Shown here piece by piece: positions 50,350 through 59,684 of a DNA stretch of 64,000 nt (within the stretch, counting starts at the first letter, position 1; each line of letters starts with the position of its first letter). The notes beneath the pieces are model-generated. The model saw only the letters and a list, made by a program, of their open reading frames with translations. It was not told the origin of the DNA and did no database searches. Source of the DNA: Alphaproteobacteria bacterium (lineage in GTDB: Bacteria > Pseudomonadota > Alphaproteobacteria > Bin95); the NCBI GenBank assembly GCA_965205265.1, contig CBDBGH010000003.1, forward strand, positions 3,136,001-3,200,000, written 5' to 3'. A program made the position numbers and the translations under genes.

Positions 50350-50661
50350 TTGTTTGTCTGTCGTCTCGTAGCCCTGCTGTTCGCGTGTGGCGCGATGATC
50401 GCGCTTGGCGGCGACATCTGGCAGGCGGCGGCCGAAGGGGAATGGCAACCGCAGGCGCTGGGCCAACTCTGGTTCGCGCTGGACAGCGGAAGCCTCAATC
50501 TCACGCAGGCCATCGTCCAGCGTTACCTGCATCCCTGGCTCTGGGACCCGGCCTTCGTGCAACTGCTGCTCTGGCCGGCCTGGGTGCTTCCGGGCGGCCT
50601 TGCGATCGTCCTGTTCCTGCTCTGCCGCCGCCGGCGCCGTGCGGCGGGAACGTTCGACTGA
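50350..50661 (+). CDS. small conserved membrane protein
   Basis: LGQLWFALD.GSLNLTQAIVQRYL.P.LWDP...LL.PAW; TTG start uncertain. Confidence 0.65.
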   Translation: MFVCRLVALLFACGAMIALGGDIWQAAAEGEWQPQALGQLWFALDSGSLNLTQAIVQRYLHPWLWDPAFVQLLLWPAWVLPGGLAIVLFLLCRRRRRAAGTFD

Positions 50662-50740
50662 CGCCACCGGCACCCGTCCTTGCCATGCGCGGACCGGGCC
50701 TCCGTGCCATACTGGCGCGGCGGGAGCGGGAGGGAGAGCC

Positions 50741-51565
50741 ATGGACGGGCGTCTGGCGGGCAAGGCGGCGCTGGTTGCCGGGGCGGGGTCGATCGCCGAG
50801 GGCTGGTCCAACGGCAAGGCAAGCGCGGTGCTGATGGCGCGCGAGGGCGCGCGGGTTTTCTGTGTGGACCGGGACGCGGCCGCCGCCGAGGAAACCGCGG
50901 CGGAGATCCATGCCGAGGGCGGCGAGGCGCGGGCCTGGCAGGCCGACATGTCGGTCGCGGCCGAAGTCGAGGCGGCGGTGGCCTCCTGCCTCGACGCCTG
51001 GGGCCGGATCGACATCCTCTTCAACAATATCGGCCTCCAGGCCCTCGGCGGCCCGGTGGAGCTGGATGAGGCGGACTGGGACCGGCTGATGACGGTCAAC
51101 GTCAAACCGATGTTCCTCGCCTGCAAGCATGTGCTGCCGGTCATGGTCGAACAGGGGCGCGGCTCTATCGTCAACAACTCGTCGCTGGCGAGCCTGCGCT
51201 TCGCCTATCCCGCAGTTGCCTACTCGGCGTCCAAGGGCGCGGTCAACGAACTCACCCGCAACATCGCCGGGCAATACGCGCCGCAGGGCATACGCTGCAA
51301 TGCGGTGCTGCCGGGGATGATGGCGACGCCGCGCATTACCCGGCGGCTGAAGGAGGTCCACGGCGACGGTTTCGAGAGCGTGCTGGAGGAACGCGCCGGC
51401 ATCGTGCCGATGGGCCGCGCGGGTACGGCCTGGGATGTGGCCTATGCCGTGCTCTTCCTCGCTTCGGACGAGTCGGCCTACATTACCGGAATGGAACTGG
51501 TCGTCGATGGCGGCCTTGCCGCATCGGTGCGCGGCCGGCCCTGGTCCGGGGAGATGGGCGGATGA
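50741..51565 (+). CDS. SDR family oxidoreductase
   Basis: GAGS..EGWSNG, NNIG, YSASKG (YxxxK), NAVLPG, ITG..LVVDGG. Confidence 0.93.
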   Translation: MDGRLAGKAALVAGAGSIAEGWSNGKASAVLMAREGARVFCVDRDAAAAEETAAEIHAEGGEARAWQADMSVAAEVEAAVASCLDAWGRIDILFNNIGLQALGGPVELDEADWDRLMTVNVKPMFLACKHVLPVMVEQGRGSIVNNSSLASLRFAYPAVAYSASKGAVNELTRNIAGQYAPQGIRCNAVLPGMMATPRITRRLKEVHGDGFESVLEERAGIVPMGRAGTAWDVAYAVLFLASDESAYITGMELVVDGGLAASVRGRPWSGEMGG

Positions 51566-53103
51566 CGGCCAGCCTTGCGGCGCTCACTTTCGATTTCGAC
51601 GGCATGTCCGGCTTCATCGCCCGGGGCAGAACCTCGCCGACCGTGCTTTCGCGCGGCGAGTTCGGGGCGGTCGGCGTCGAGCGTATATTGCGGCTTCTGG
51701 ACCGCTACGGCATCGCGGCATCCTTTTTCATTCCGGGCATCACCATCGGCACATGGCCGGACCATTGCCGGCGCATCCACGAGGCCGGCCACGAGATCGG
51801 CCATCACGGCTGGCGCCATATCCCGCCGGTGCAGCTCGCGCGCGAGGAAGAGGCGGACGAGCTCGACCTGGGCATCGCCGCCATAGAGGCGCTGACGGAC
51901 CGGCGGCCGCGCGGCTACCGCTCCCCCGCCTGGGACCTTTCGGAAAACACCGTCGAGCTGCTGCTGGAGCGCGGCTTCGTCTATGACAGCTCGATGATGG
52001 GGCACGACACGCAGCCCTACCGGGTGCGCCGGGGCGATGTCATACATGAGGACAAAGCCTCGACCTTCGGCGAGGAAACCGACCTGCTGGAGCTGCCGGT
52101 CTCCTGGAGCGCGGACGACTGGCCGCATTTCGAATTCATGCCGCCCGGCATGCCCGGCCTCAGAGGCACGAACTCGGTGCTGGAGAACTGGCTGGACGAT
52201 TTCCGCTACATGGTCCGCCATGAGGGAGGAGGGCTGATGACCTACACCTTCCAGGCAGCCCAACGCAGGAAATTCGATCTGGAAAATCCCCGGAACCAGC
52301 TCTTCACCAAGACCGATCTCGCCAAGTACCTGAATGTCTGGGAACAACGGCCGCAGGAAGTGAGCCTGGGTGCGCAGAAGAACTTCGCGGCGTTCGCGCG
52401 GCGCATCGGCCAAGCCTGGAGAAAATCTCGCGACGACTTCAACGAGGCCTGGTATCGTGCGGCGGTCGCGATGGCAATCGTCTTCAGGTCCAGCGAACGC
52501 GTCGTGTCCGCCCAACCCTGGTATCAGGGTGGGTATCGCGCGAACATCGTCGCCTGCACGATCGCGAAGCTTGCCCACGATGTCGCCGATCGGGACCGCG
52601 CGGTGGACCTCGAAGCCATCTGGCGGCGGCAGTCGGCGGGCGGCAACCTCGACGACGCCATTGCGACCGCTGCCGCGGAAGTCCACGCGGTCCTCGTTCA
52701 GCCGCCGGACGGCATCAGCAACGTAACCGAATGGGCAAAGAAGCAGGCATGCCGGGACCGTGTGCGAAACCTCCACATCGATTGGCCGGACGCATTCGTT
52801 CAGGAACTGATTTCATCCGGGGAACTGAGCGATGCGGCCCGGACGGCCCGGCGTGAACAACGCGAACTCGACGGGATCGAGGCGCAGATTGCGGTCGTCA
52901 ACGCCGGCGGTCGGTTCTGGTCGGACGCTCTCGCATGGGGAAAGGCCCGGCGGCTCCTCACGCCGGTCGAAACGGGAATCCTGGAGGTGGCGGCGCGTGT
53001 TCCCGAACGCACGCCGACGGAGAGGCAGTCGTCCAGGGCTGTCGAGGCGTTGCGCAAGCTGCAACGAGAGGGATACGCGGAGAAACTCCCCGAGACTTCC
53101 TGA
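51562..53103 (+). CDS. chimeric ORF: polysaccharide deacetylase (about aa 1-230) fused in frame to AIPR-family C-terminal region
   Basis: TFDFD, HGWRH, RSPAW, YDSS, DDW, then TYTF|QAAQRRKFDLENPRNQLFTKTDLAKY...VSLGAQKNF...GGYRANIV...NVTEWAKKQAC. Confidence 0.8.
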   Translation: MTASLAALTFDFDGMSGFIARGRTSPTVLSRGEFGAVGVERILRLLDRYGIAASFFIPGITIGTWPDHCRRIHEAGHEIGHHGWRHIPPVQLAREEEADELDLGIAAIEALTDRRPRGYRSPAWDLSENTVELLLERGFVYDSSMMGHDTQPYRVRRGDVIHEDKASTFGEETDLLELPVSWSADDWPHFEFMPPGMPGLRGTNSVLENWLDDFRYMVRHEGGGLMTYTFQAAQRRKFDLENPRNQLFTKTDLAKYLNVWEQRPQEVSLGAQKNFAAFARRIGQAWRKSRDDFNEAWYRAAVAMAIVFRSSERVVSAQPWYQGGYRANIVACTIAKLAHDVADRDRAVDLEAIWRRQSAGGNLDDAIATAAAEVHAVLVQPPDGISNVTEWAKKQACRDRVRNLHIDWPDAFVQELISSGELSDAARTARREQRELDGIEAQIAVVNAGGRFWSDALAWGKARRLLTPVETGILEVAARVPERTPTERQSSRAVEALRKLQREGYAEKLPETS

Positions 53104-53141
53104 GCATTCGTCATGGTCGAACAGGACGAACGCCTTCCCTG

Positions 53142-53453
53142 TCATGCGACCTCTTCATCTGCATCGCCGGGCAATTTCGGCGCGACCTCGGAGATGGCGC
53201 GTCTGATCTGCTCGATCTCCTCGTCGCGCCCGGCCTTCTCCATGTCGAGAGCGATGGCCTGGGCGGCGAACAGCGCGGAACGAAGGAGATGAATTTCGGC
53301 TGCCGTCCCGGGCCATCGGCGCCGGTCGAGGGCCTCGATGGCGAGTTCGACCACGAGTTGATTGGCCGAGACCTTGCGGTCTCCGACGGCTTCCTCGATG
53401 CGCGCCCACTCTTGCGGGGTGACCCGTATGTGCTTTTCCATCGTCTTTGCCAT
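53142..53453 (-). CDS. small ribbon-helix-helix-like protein (possible relaxosome accessory/regulator)
   Basis: KHIRVTPQEWARIEEAV....SANQLVVELAIEAL beta-alpha-alpha pattern. Confidence 0.55.
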   Translation of the reverse strand: MAKTMEKHIRVTPQEWARIEEAVGDRKVSANQLVVELAIEALDRRRWPGTAAEIHLLRSALFAAQAIALDMEKAGRDEEIEQIRRAISEVAPKLPGDADEEVA

Positions 53454-54146
53454 GGGCTTCTTCTCTTTTTCGTTTCGGTCCCGGAGCGTTGCGCTGTCGA
53501 AATTTCTATTGTGAATTTTGGAACGAAACAAGACCACCTGTGGCGGCAGCCGGTATGGAACACGCCGGCCCGTCGCGGGTGCTGGAGGAATCCATACGCC
53601 CGTCGTGGGCGTAAACCTGCCAATGCATTGAAAAACAACGATGATTCATGGGCTTGCAGTGGGCGTACTTTTCCCGGCGCGCCAGGGACGCGCAGGGCTG
53701 CGATGGATCGTGACGCAGCGCAGCCCATCGCGCGCCTTCGCAGCCTTTGCAAGGCTGCACCATCGGTGCGTTAGGTGTGTGGACCGAGACGGGCGCGGCC
53801 CGTCGGAGCACGATTTGCGATGCATGAGCGATGGGGGAATCGACGCCGGCGAGAGCGGCGGAGGGGAGCCGCCGCGGCGTGTGTGAGCGGCGGCGTCGGG
53901 CGCGGCGTCCGAGGCATTCATGCGCAGCATGATGCGAGGGCGCGCGACGGAAGCGCAGGCGGCGGTGCGCCGGGTTCGGCGCAGTGGCCGGTGCACTTAT
54001 GGGCGGCATGGTGCAGCGGCGCGTGACGCGGCAGCGGACCGCAGACGCGATCGGCGAGGGCAGCGAGCCCCCGGGTCGTGGTCCGGGGCAGGACGAAGCG
54101 CGCGCGAGGATGGCGTTGCCGCGCGAAGTGTGTGCGCAAGAGGAAA

Positions 54147-54190
54147 CGGGCCGCGCCGCCGTCCCGCTGCCGGGATGACGACGCGGCCCG
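54147..54190 (-). terminator. long hairpin after DUF2493 gene
   Basis: CGGGCCGCGCCGCCGTCCCG-CTGC-CGGGATGACGACGCGGCCCG, followed on minus strand by TTTCCTCTT. Confidence 0.65.
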
Positions 54191-54203
54191 CGATGTGCTG
54201 CGG

Positions 54204-55139
54204 TCAGGCTGGGCAGCGCATGACCGGGATGCCGAGCTGCTTCGCCTTGTCGACGAGGTTCTCTGTGATGCCGGAGCCGGGGAAGGCGATGACGCCCCTG
54301 GGCAGGAGGTTGAGGAGTTCGTCGTTGCGGCGGAAGGGCGCGGCGCGTCCGTGGCGGTCCCAGTCGGGCTTGCAGACGATCTGGTGGACGCCGTTCCGCT
54401 CGGCCCAGCGTGCGGCGATCTTCTCGACGCCGGGGCCGCCGCCGTGCACGAGGACCATGTCGGCGTACTTGGTGCGGGCCTGGTCGAGGCGGGCGATGAC
54501 GGCGGCGGGGTCTGCGATGTCCCTGCCGCCTGCGATGGCGACGAGGGTGCCTTGCGGCAGGTGGGCCATGGTCTCGCGGTCCTTCCGTGCGCGGATGAAG
54601 TCGCGGGCCTCGATGGCGGCGGAGGTGAGCTTGCCGGTCCGGGATGCGTGCGAGCCGTGGCGCGGGCGCCAGACCTCTCCGGTTTCCTCGCGGTAGGCAT
54701 CGGCGCAGGCGTCGCGCATTTTCTCGAAGGCGTCGCGGCGGTCTCCGAGGTTCTGCGCGCGGTGGGTGGTCATCTCCAGCTCGAACGACCTGATCTCGGT
54801 TCCGTCCTGGTCGCGCTGGAGGTCTCGGAGTTCGGGGGTGAGCCTGTCGACGCTGCGGTCGATGCGCTGTGTCTGGGCGTGGAGCATGTTGACGAACCCC
54901 CAGAGCAGGTGTTCGCGCTCGTCGGCGAGCTGTGTGCCGTCGGGGCAGACGCCGTCGCTGAGAATGCGGAAGGCTTCCTCGACGGCGGTCAGCGCATCGT
55001 CCTTGTCCCAGACGACGCGGGGATCGAACTCGTCGCGCTCGGGTGTTGCGCCGAAGAGGGCGGCGTTGTCGCAGACGGTTGCGGTGACGGAGTGCTCGGT
55101 GCTCTCGACGGTGTCGATGTTCTCGATGATGGTGTTCAT
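54204..55139 (-). CDS. DUF2493 / SLOG (YspA-like) domain protein of alphaproteobacterial conjugative elements
   Basis: LLWGFVN..H, RRDAFE.MRD, TG..WRP..GS, LVHGG..G.E.IAA.WA, PDW.RHGRAAPFRRND, FPGSGI..NL.DKA. Confidence 0.88.
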   Translation of the reverse strand: MNTIIENIDTVESTEHSVTATVCDNAALFGATPERDEFDPRVVWDKDDALTAVEEAFRILSDGVCPDGTQLADEREHLLWGFVNMLHAQTQRIDRSVDRLTPELRDLQRDQDGTEIRSFELEMTTHRAQNLGDRRDAFEKMRDACADAYREETGEVWRPRHGSHASRTGKLTSAAIEARDFIRARKDRETMAHLPQGTLVAIAGGRDIADPAAVIARLDQARTKYADMVLVHGGGPGVEKIAARWAERNGVHQIVCKPDWDRHGRAAPFRRNDELLNLLPRGVIAFPGSGITENLVDKAKQLGIPVMRCPA

Positions 55140-55227
55140 GACGATCTCCTTGACGATCGGGTTGCAGCTATCGGAGCGTTGCGCCCCGAAGTGATGTCCT
55201 GTTGGGTCACGCGCGCGCAGCGGAAGC

Positions 55228-55362
55228 ACCGGGTCCGGAATGAATGGCCCGGCGGGATGCGCGAGTGGTGCGGGCGCACAAGCGAGCGGAGCGAGTGCGG
55301 AGCCACGGTCGCGCATTCCGCCGGGCCTAGGCGCTTCAGCGCCGTTTCATTCCGAGTCCCGG
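55228..55362. promoter_or_regulatory. long branched stem-loop upstream of DUF2493 (Frpo/ssi-like)
   Basis: CGGAATGAA..GGCCCGGCGGGATGCGCGA pairs with TCGCGCATTCCGCCGGGCC..TTCATTCCG; loop contains GCGAGCGGAGCGAG. Confidence 0.55.
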
Positions 55363-55576
55363 CCGGAACGGAGCGCGAGCGGAGTGGAGGACCCCGCCGC
55401 CGGCGGGGTTGGTGCAGTGAGCACGTGTGGCACAATGGGACAGCACGCACGCAGGCAAATTCTTTCCCCTTGCACGGACCCGATGGGCGCTGCCGCCCGG
55501 CACGGCCTTCGGGAGCATCCCCGGACCTGTCGGTCAGCCTTGCAAGCGGAGCGCGCAGCTTGACAGTCATGGCGGG

Positions 55577-55804
55577 TCACCCCCACAGCGGATGCGAGAG
55601 GATCCGCTGCCTGGCCACCTCGCGGATGCGGTTGCGGTCATGGACGCGGCAGGGACCGCGCGGATCCTCGTGGAGATGCACCACGAAATACCGCGCACCC
55701 TCGCGCAGCGGATCGTCGAGGGCACAGACGTCGCCGACATGGTCGCCGTCGCAGTAGATGCGGGACTGGTCCGGGGCGATGCGGCGGAAGGCGATGGCGC
55801 TCAT
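55577..55804 (-). CDS. hypothetical protein (75 aa)
   Basis: ATGA overlap with DUF4326 gene; MSAIAFRRIAPDQSRIY...HLHEDPRGP. Confidence 0.6.
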   Translation of the reverse strand: MSAIAFRRIAPDQSRIYCDGDHVGDVCALDDPLREGARYFVVHLHEDPRGPCRVHDRNRIREVARQRILSHPLWG

Positions 55805-56157
55805 GACGCGCCCCCCTCCGCCTGGCGGGCGCTGCGTTCCGCCAGCACCTGCGCCGCCCAGGCCGCCGCGCGGGCCAGCACGTCGCCATGACACGGCTCC
55901 GGCTCGCACCAGCATGCAAGCCAGCAGCCGTCGAGCGCGGCGAGTTCTTGCAGTGACACCTCGCCCGCGCGGATGCGGCGCCAGAGATCGGCGCGGTAGC
56001 GGGCGACCGCCTGTTCCCTCGAACAGGCCGGTGCGATCCGGAACGGGTTTCCCCACTTCGTGCGGCGGTCGATCAGCACGGTGTTGTTGACTACCTGTGC
56101 ATGGTCGAACGCTTCCCGCAGTCTCGGTTCGGTCTTCAGATTGATGACGGCGTCCAT
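55801..56157 (-). CDS. DUF4326 domain protein
   Basis: IDRRTKWGNPF, REQAVARYR, LACWC.PEPCHGDVL. Confidence 0.88.
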   Translation of the reverse strand: MDAVINLKTEPRLREAFDHAQVVNNTVLIDRRTKWGNPFRIAPACSREQAVARYRADLWRRIRAGEVSLQELAALDGCWLACWCEPEPCHGDVLARAAAWAAQVLAERSARQAEGGAS

Positions 56158-56224
56158 CGGCTCCCTCCTCTCCCCGGGTCGGCTTGCCCGACCCTCGCTT
56201 TCCTCTTTCTCCTGCCACGCCGGG

Positions 56225-57223
56225 TCAGGCGCCGGGGCGGAACAGGGGCGCGAGGCGGGCGCGCAGCGCCGCCGCGCCGAGCGCGACCAGGTCGTCGTTG
56301 AAGTCGTTGCCCTGGGGCACGATCGCCGTGGCGGCGACGCCCGCCCGCGCGCAGCGCCGGGCGAGGCGTTCGGCGGCGCGTGCGCCGTCCTCGTCGTTGT
56401 CCCGCGCGATCACGAGGCGGGCGACGCCGGCAGGCGGAGAGAAGGCGCCGAGGCTGCCGGCCGAGAGCGCCGCCGCGGCGCGGATCTCGGGCAGGGCGGC
56501 GACCAGCGAGAGCACGGTCTCGATGCCCTCGCCGACGACCAGCGCAGCGCCGTCGCCGGGCTGGCCGAAGCGCACGGCGAGGCCATGGATGCGTCCGAGC
56601 GCCTTGCGCGGATGGGCGACATCCGCCTTGGCGGGCGAGCGGGGATCGAGCCAGGTGCGCTGGACGCCGAAGAGCCGGCCGCCTGCCCCGGACTGCGATC
56701 CGGAGTCGCCGCCGGTGACGGCGGCGACCAGCGCCGGGAGACGGCGCACCGAGGGGCCTTCGCGGTAGCGAAGCGCCGGGTGGAAGCGCAGCGCCGCGAA
56801 GCGGCAGCGCGCGAGCCCGCGGGCGTGGAGATAGCGCTCGGCATGGCTGCCGTCGAGGGCGCGGCAGCCGCGCCACAGGCGGCGCGCCGCCTCGGTGGCG
56901 TCATACCGCTCGCTGGATACAGGGACGGGGTCCGCCGGCACGGCGAGGAAACGCCGCGCCTCGTCGAGCGCCGCGCGCAGCGTCGGCGCGCGGGAGCGGT
57001 GGCGGATCAGGTCGAGCAGGTCGCCATGCTCGCCCGAGGCCGCGTCGGTGAACTTGCCGGGCGTTCCGGGGCCGGAGAGGCGGACGAAGAGGGAGCGGCC
57101 GCGGGCGCCGTCGATATCGCCGCAGATCCAGTAGCGGCCCTGCCGCCGTCCGTTGGGCAGGTAGTGGCGGCAGACTTCCTCGGCGCGCTCCGCGAGCGCG
57201 GCGGCGAGGGCGCCGGCATTCAT
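56225..57223 (-). CDS. toprim-domain primase-like protein of conjugative elements
   Basis: AEEVCRHYL..GRR.G.YW..GD..G..GRS, GDLLDLI, LRFHP, RTWLD, GEGIETVLS, ARDND, DFNDDL. Confidence 0.9.
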   Translation of the reverse strand: MNAGALAAALAERAEEVCRHYLPNGRRQGRYWICGDIDGARGRSLFVRLSGPGTPGKFTDAASGEHGDLLDLIRHRSRAPTLRAALDEARRFLAVPADPVPVSSERYDATEAARRLWRGCRALDGSHAERYLHARGLARCRFAALRFHPALRYREGPSVRRLPALVAAVTGGDSGSQSGAGGRLFGVQRTWLDPRSPAKADVAHPRKALGRIHGLAVRFGQPGDGAALVVGEGIETVLSLVAALPEIRAAAALSAGSLGAFSPPAGVARLVIARDNDEDGARAAERLARRCARAGVAATAIVPQGNDFNDDLVALGAAALRARLAPLFRPGA

Positions 57224-57403
57224 GGCCGGCCCCCGCCCGGGCAGGCGGGACGGCAATGGATTGCGGGACATGGCGGGACTCCTCCATCGGGACGGAACGC
57301 TCGATACCGGCCGGTCTCCGCCCCCGCCTGGCGCCGGAGAAGGCGCGCGCCGCGCGAAACGCGGACGCGCCATGGGGGCCGGGGACGCCTCCGGATCGGC
57401 AGC

Positions 57404-57433
57404 AAAAAAGAGGCCGGCGCCGAAGCGCCGGCC
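57404..57433 (-). terminator. Rho-independent terminator after ssb
   Basis: Minus strand GGCCGGCGC-TTCG-GCGCCGGCC-TCTTTTTT. Confidence 0.85.
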
Positions 57434-57463
57434 CGAGTTGGGAGGGAGGAAGCGTGATGCCGA

Positions 57464-57913
57464 TCAGAACGGAATCCGGTCGGCGTCCATGTCCGAGGGC
57501 GCCGGGGCGGGAGCCGTGCCGGCGTCGCCCGCCATGTCGGGGCCGGGCTGGCTCCGGGCGCCGTTGCCCTTGTCCAGGAACTGCACGCGCCCGCCCGGGA
57601 CCAGCAGGATCTCGGTCGAGAAGCGGTCGGAGTCCTCGCCCTCCTTCTTCCAGCGCCGGGTCTGGAGCTTGCCCGCGACATAGACCAGACGACCCTTCAC
57701 CGCGTTCTTGACCAGCATGTCGATGAGGCCGTCCTGGAAGGTCACGACCCGGTGCCACTCGGTGCGGTCGATCCGCTCGCCGTTCTTGTCGATATAGGAT
57801 TCGTCGGTGGCGATGCTCATGTTGGCGACGCGGCCGCCGCTCTGGAGGTGGTTGACGGTGACGTCGGCGCCGAGGCGGCCGATCAGTTCCGCGCGATTGA
57901 GACCGAATGCCAT
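57464..57913 (-). CDS. ssb: single-stranded DNA-binding protein (element-encoded)
   Basis: LNRAELIGRLGAD, SIATDE, TEWHRVV, KG.LVYV.GKLQTRRW, C-terminal DADRIPF. Confidence 0.95.
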   Translation of the reverse strand: MAFGLNRAELIGRLGADVTVNHLQSGGRVANMSIATDESYIDKNGERIDRTEWHRVVTFQDGLIDMLVKNAVKGRLVYVAGKLQTRRWKKEGEDSDRFSTEILLVPGGRVQFLDKGNGARSQPGPDMAGDAGTAPAPAPSDMDADRIPF

Positions 57914-58020
57914 GGAGAATCTCCTTGAATGGCTGGTTGCTGACGATGGGTTGCGAACGGGGGAAGCCGGGTCGATCCCTCTCCCCGGCCCCCTGCCGCT
58001 CACCTTCTTCCCGCTTTCCT

Positions 58021-58158
58021 TCACTCTGCGTCGCGGCCGGCGAGGACCTCGCGGATGGCCCGGCTGTCGAGACCGGCCTCGGCCAGCAGTTCGTCGCAGG
58101 CCGGCGCGTCGTGTTCGGTGCCGGTTGCCGCATCGGCGTCGTGGAAGAACTCGGACAT
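58021..58158 (-). CDS. small acidic hypothetical protein (45 aa)
   Basis: MSEFFHDADAATGTEHDAPACDELLAEAGLDSRAIREVLAGRDAE; GGGAG RBS upstream. Confidence 0.4.
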   Translation of the reverse strand: MSEFFHDADAATGTEHDAPACDELLAEAGLDSRAIREVLAGRDAE

Positions 58159-58317
58159 GGGCATCTCCCCTGGACGGCGCCCGGACATCCAGCGGAAGGG
58201 CCGCTCCCTTCCACCCCGCCGGGCGCTCGCCCCCGCCAAAGCCCTTCTCCAACTCCGGGACGACAGCCCGGCGGAAGCAGGACGGGCAGGCGAACGCCGA
58301 TCCGGGGCCGCGCCGGC

Positions 58318-59577
58318 TCACCAGGGTGGCGCCGTCAGCAAAGCCATGGGGCTGGCATCGCACAGCACCTCGACCTCGTCGCGCGAGAGCTTCTCGAAGA
58401 CGAGGCAGAGCGCGACATCGGCCTCGCTGTCGAACGGCCCGTGCTCGCGCCCGGTGGCGATCTCGATCACCGTATACTGCGGGTCCCAGAACGGGATGCC
58501 GCGGAACGCGCCCGAACTCTCGCGGTGCCTGCGCGAACAGGGCTCGCAACGCGCCACGCCCGGCGAGGGCGCGTTGCAGGCGACACAGCGGCCCCGGGCC
58601 CTCCGACCGGCATAGCGGTCGCGGCGGGCGGCGTGTTCGGCCTCGCGGTCGCGGCGCTCGGCCCTGACGACGGCGCAGGGCGCGCAGTAAGCGGCGCCAT
58701 CGAAGGTGGGTGCCTGACACTTGACGCAGACCCCGGCGGTTCTGCGGGCGTCGTAGCGGTCGCGGGCGGCGTCGCGACAGTCCTGGCACTCGGCCGCCCC
58801 GTTGGCCGGCTTGCCGCAACTGGTGCAATCGCCCCGGGCCTTGCGTTCGGCATAACGCCGGCGGTCGGCCTCCCGCTTCGCCTTCCGGTCCCGCCGCCGG
58901 CTCCGGGTCCCGGCGCAAGGCGGGCAATACGCCCTGCCGTCCGGCGCGGGCGCCGCGCACCGGACGCACAATCCGGCGGCGCGGCGATCATGATGGCGGG
59001 CGCGTTTCGCCTGCCGCCTGTCCGCGCGGCACGGCCCGCACATGGTCCGGCCCTCTTCGGGCGGGGTGTTGCCGCAGCGGGTGCAGAGGCCGGCGGCCTG
59101 GCGGGCCTCGCTGCGCCGGCGGCTGCGCTCCCGTCCGGCCCGGCGCCGGGCTTCCGGGTCGCGCCCGCCATAGGGTATCCCCTGGGCCCTGGCCCGGGCG
59201 TCACGCTTGCGGTCGCGCGCGCGATGCTTTTCCGCGCAAGGCCCGCAGGTCGTGCGGTCCGGGCGCGCCGGGGCCCGGCCGCACCTGGTGCAGATGCCGG
59301 CGGCCGCGCGCTCGGCATAGAGCTTGCGGTCGCGCTTGCGCCCCTGGCGCCTTGCCCGTTCGGGGTCGCGCCGGGGTTTCCTGCCGGCCCGCAGGCGGGC
59401 GTCCCGCGCCCGGCTCGCGCGGTTCCGTTTCTCGTTGCAGGGCGCGCACAGGCGGCGTTCCGGCACAGGGCCGGTCCGGCCGCATCCCGGGCACAGGCCG
59501 GCCTCGGTCCGTGCGGCGGTGCGTCTGGCGATGCGCGCGCGGTCGCGCTGACGGATCTCCGGATCGGCACAGGCCAT
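58318..59577 (-). CDS. Arg-rich protein with seven tandem C4 zinc-finger repeats
   Basis: Seven G-x-CxxC-x9-11-CxxC units separated by basic helices; GAGGAGG RBS. Confidence 0.85.
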   Translation of the reverse strand: MACADPEIRQRDRARIARRTAARTEAGLCPGCGRTGPVPERRLCAPCNEKRNRASRARDARLRAGRKPRRDPERARRQGRKRDRKLYAERAAAGICTRCGRAPARPDRTTCGPCAEKHRARDRKRDARARAQGIPYGGRDPEARRRAGRERSRRRSEARQAAGLCTRCGNTPPEEGRTMCGPCRADRRQAKRARHHDRRAAGLCVRCAAPAPDGRAYCPPCAGTRSRRRDRKAKREADRRRYAERKARGDCTSCGKPANGAAECQDCRDAARDRYDARRTAGVCVKCQAPTFDGAAYCAPCAVVRAERRDREAEHAARRDRYAGRRARGRCVACNAPSPGVARCEPCSRRHRESSGAFRGIPFWDPQYTVIEIATGREHGPFDSEADVALCLVFEKLSRDEVEVLCDASPMALLTAPPW

Positions 59578-59684
59578 GCCGTCCTCCTCGGTTCGTGGGG
59601 GAAAGGAAAGGCGGACGCCCCGCCGGCGGCCCCAGTCCCCGAGTCGGGGGCGGCGGGTCGGCAGGACGTCCGGGAAGGGGGCGA

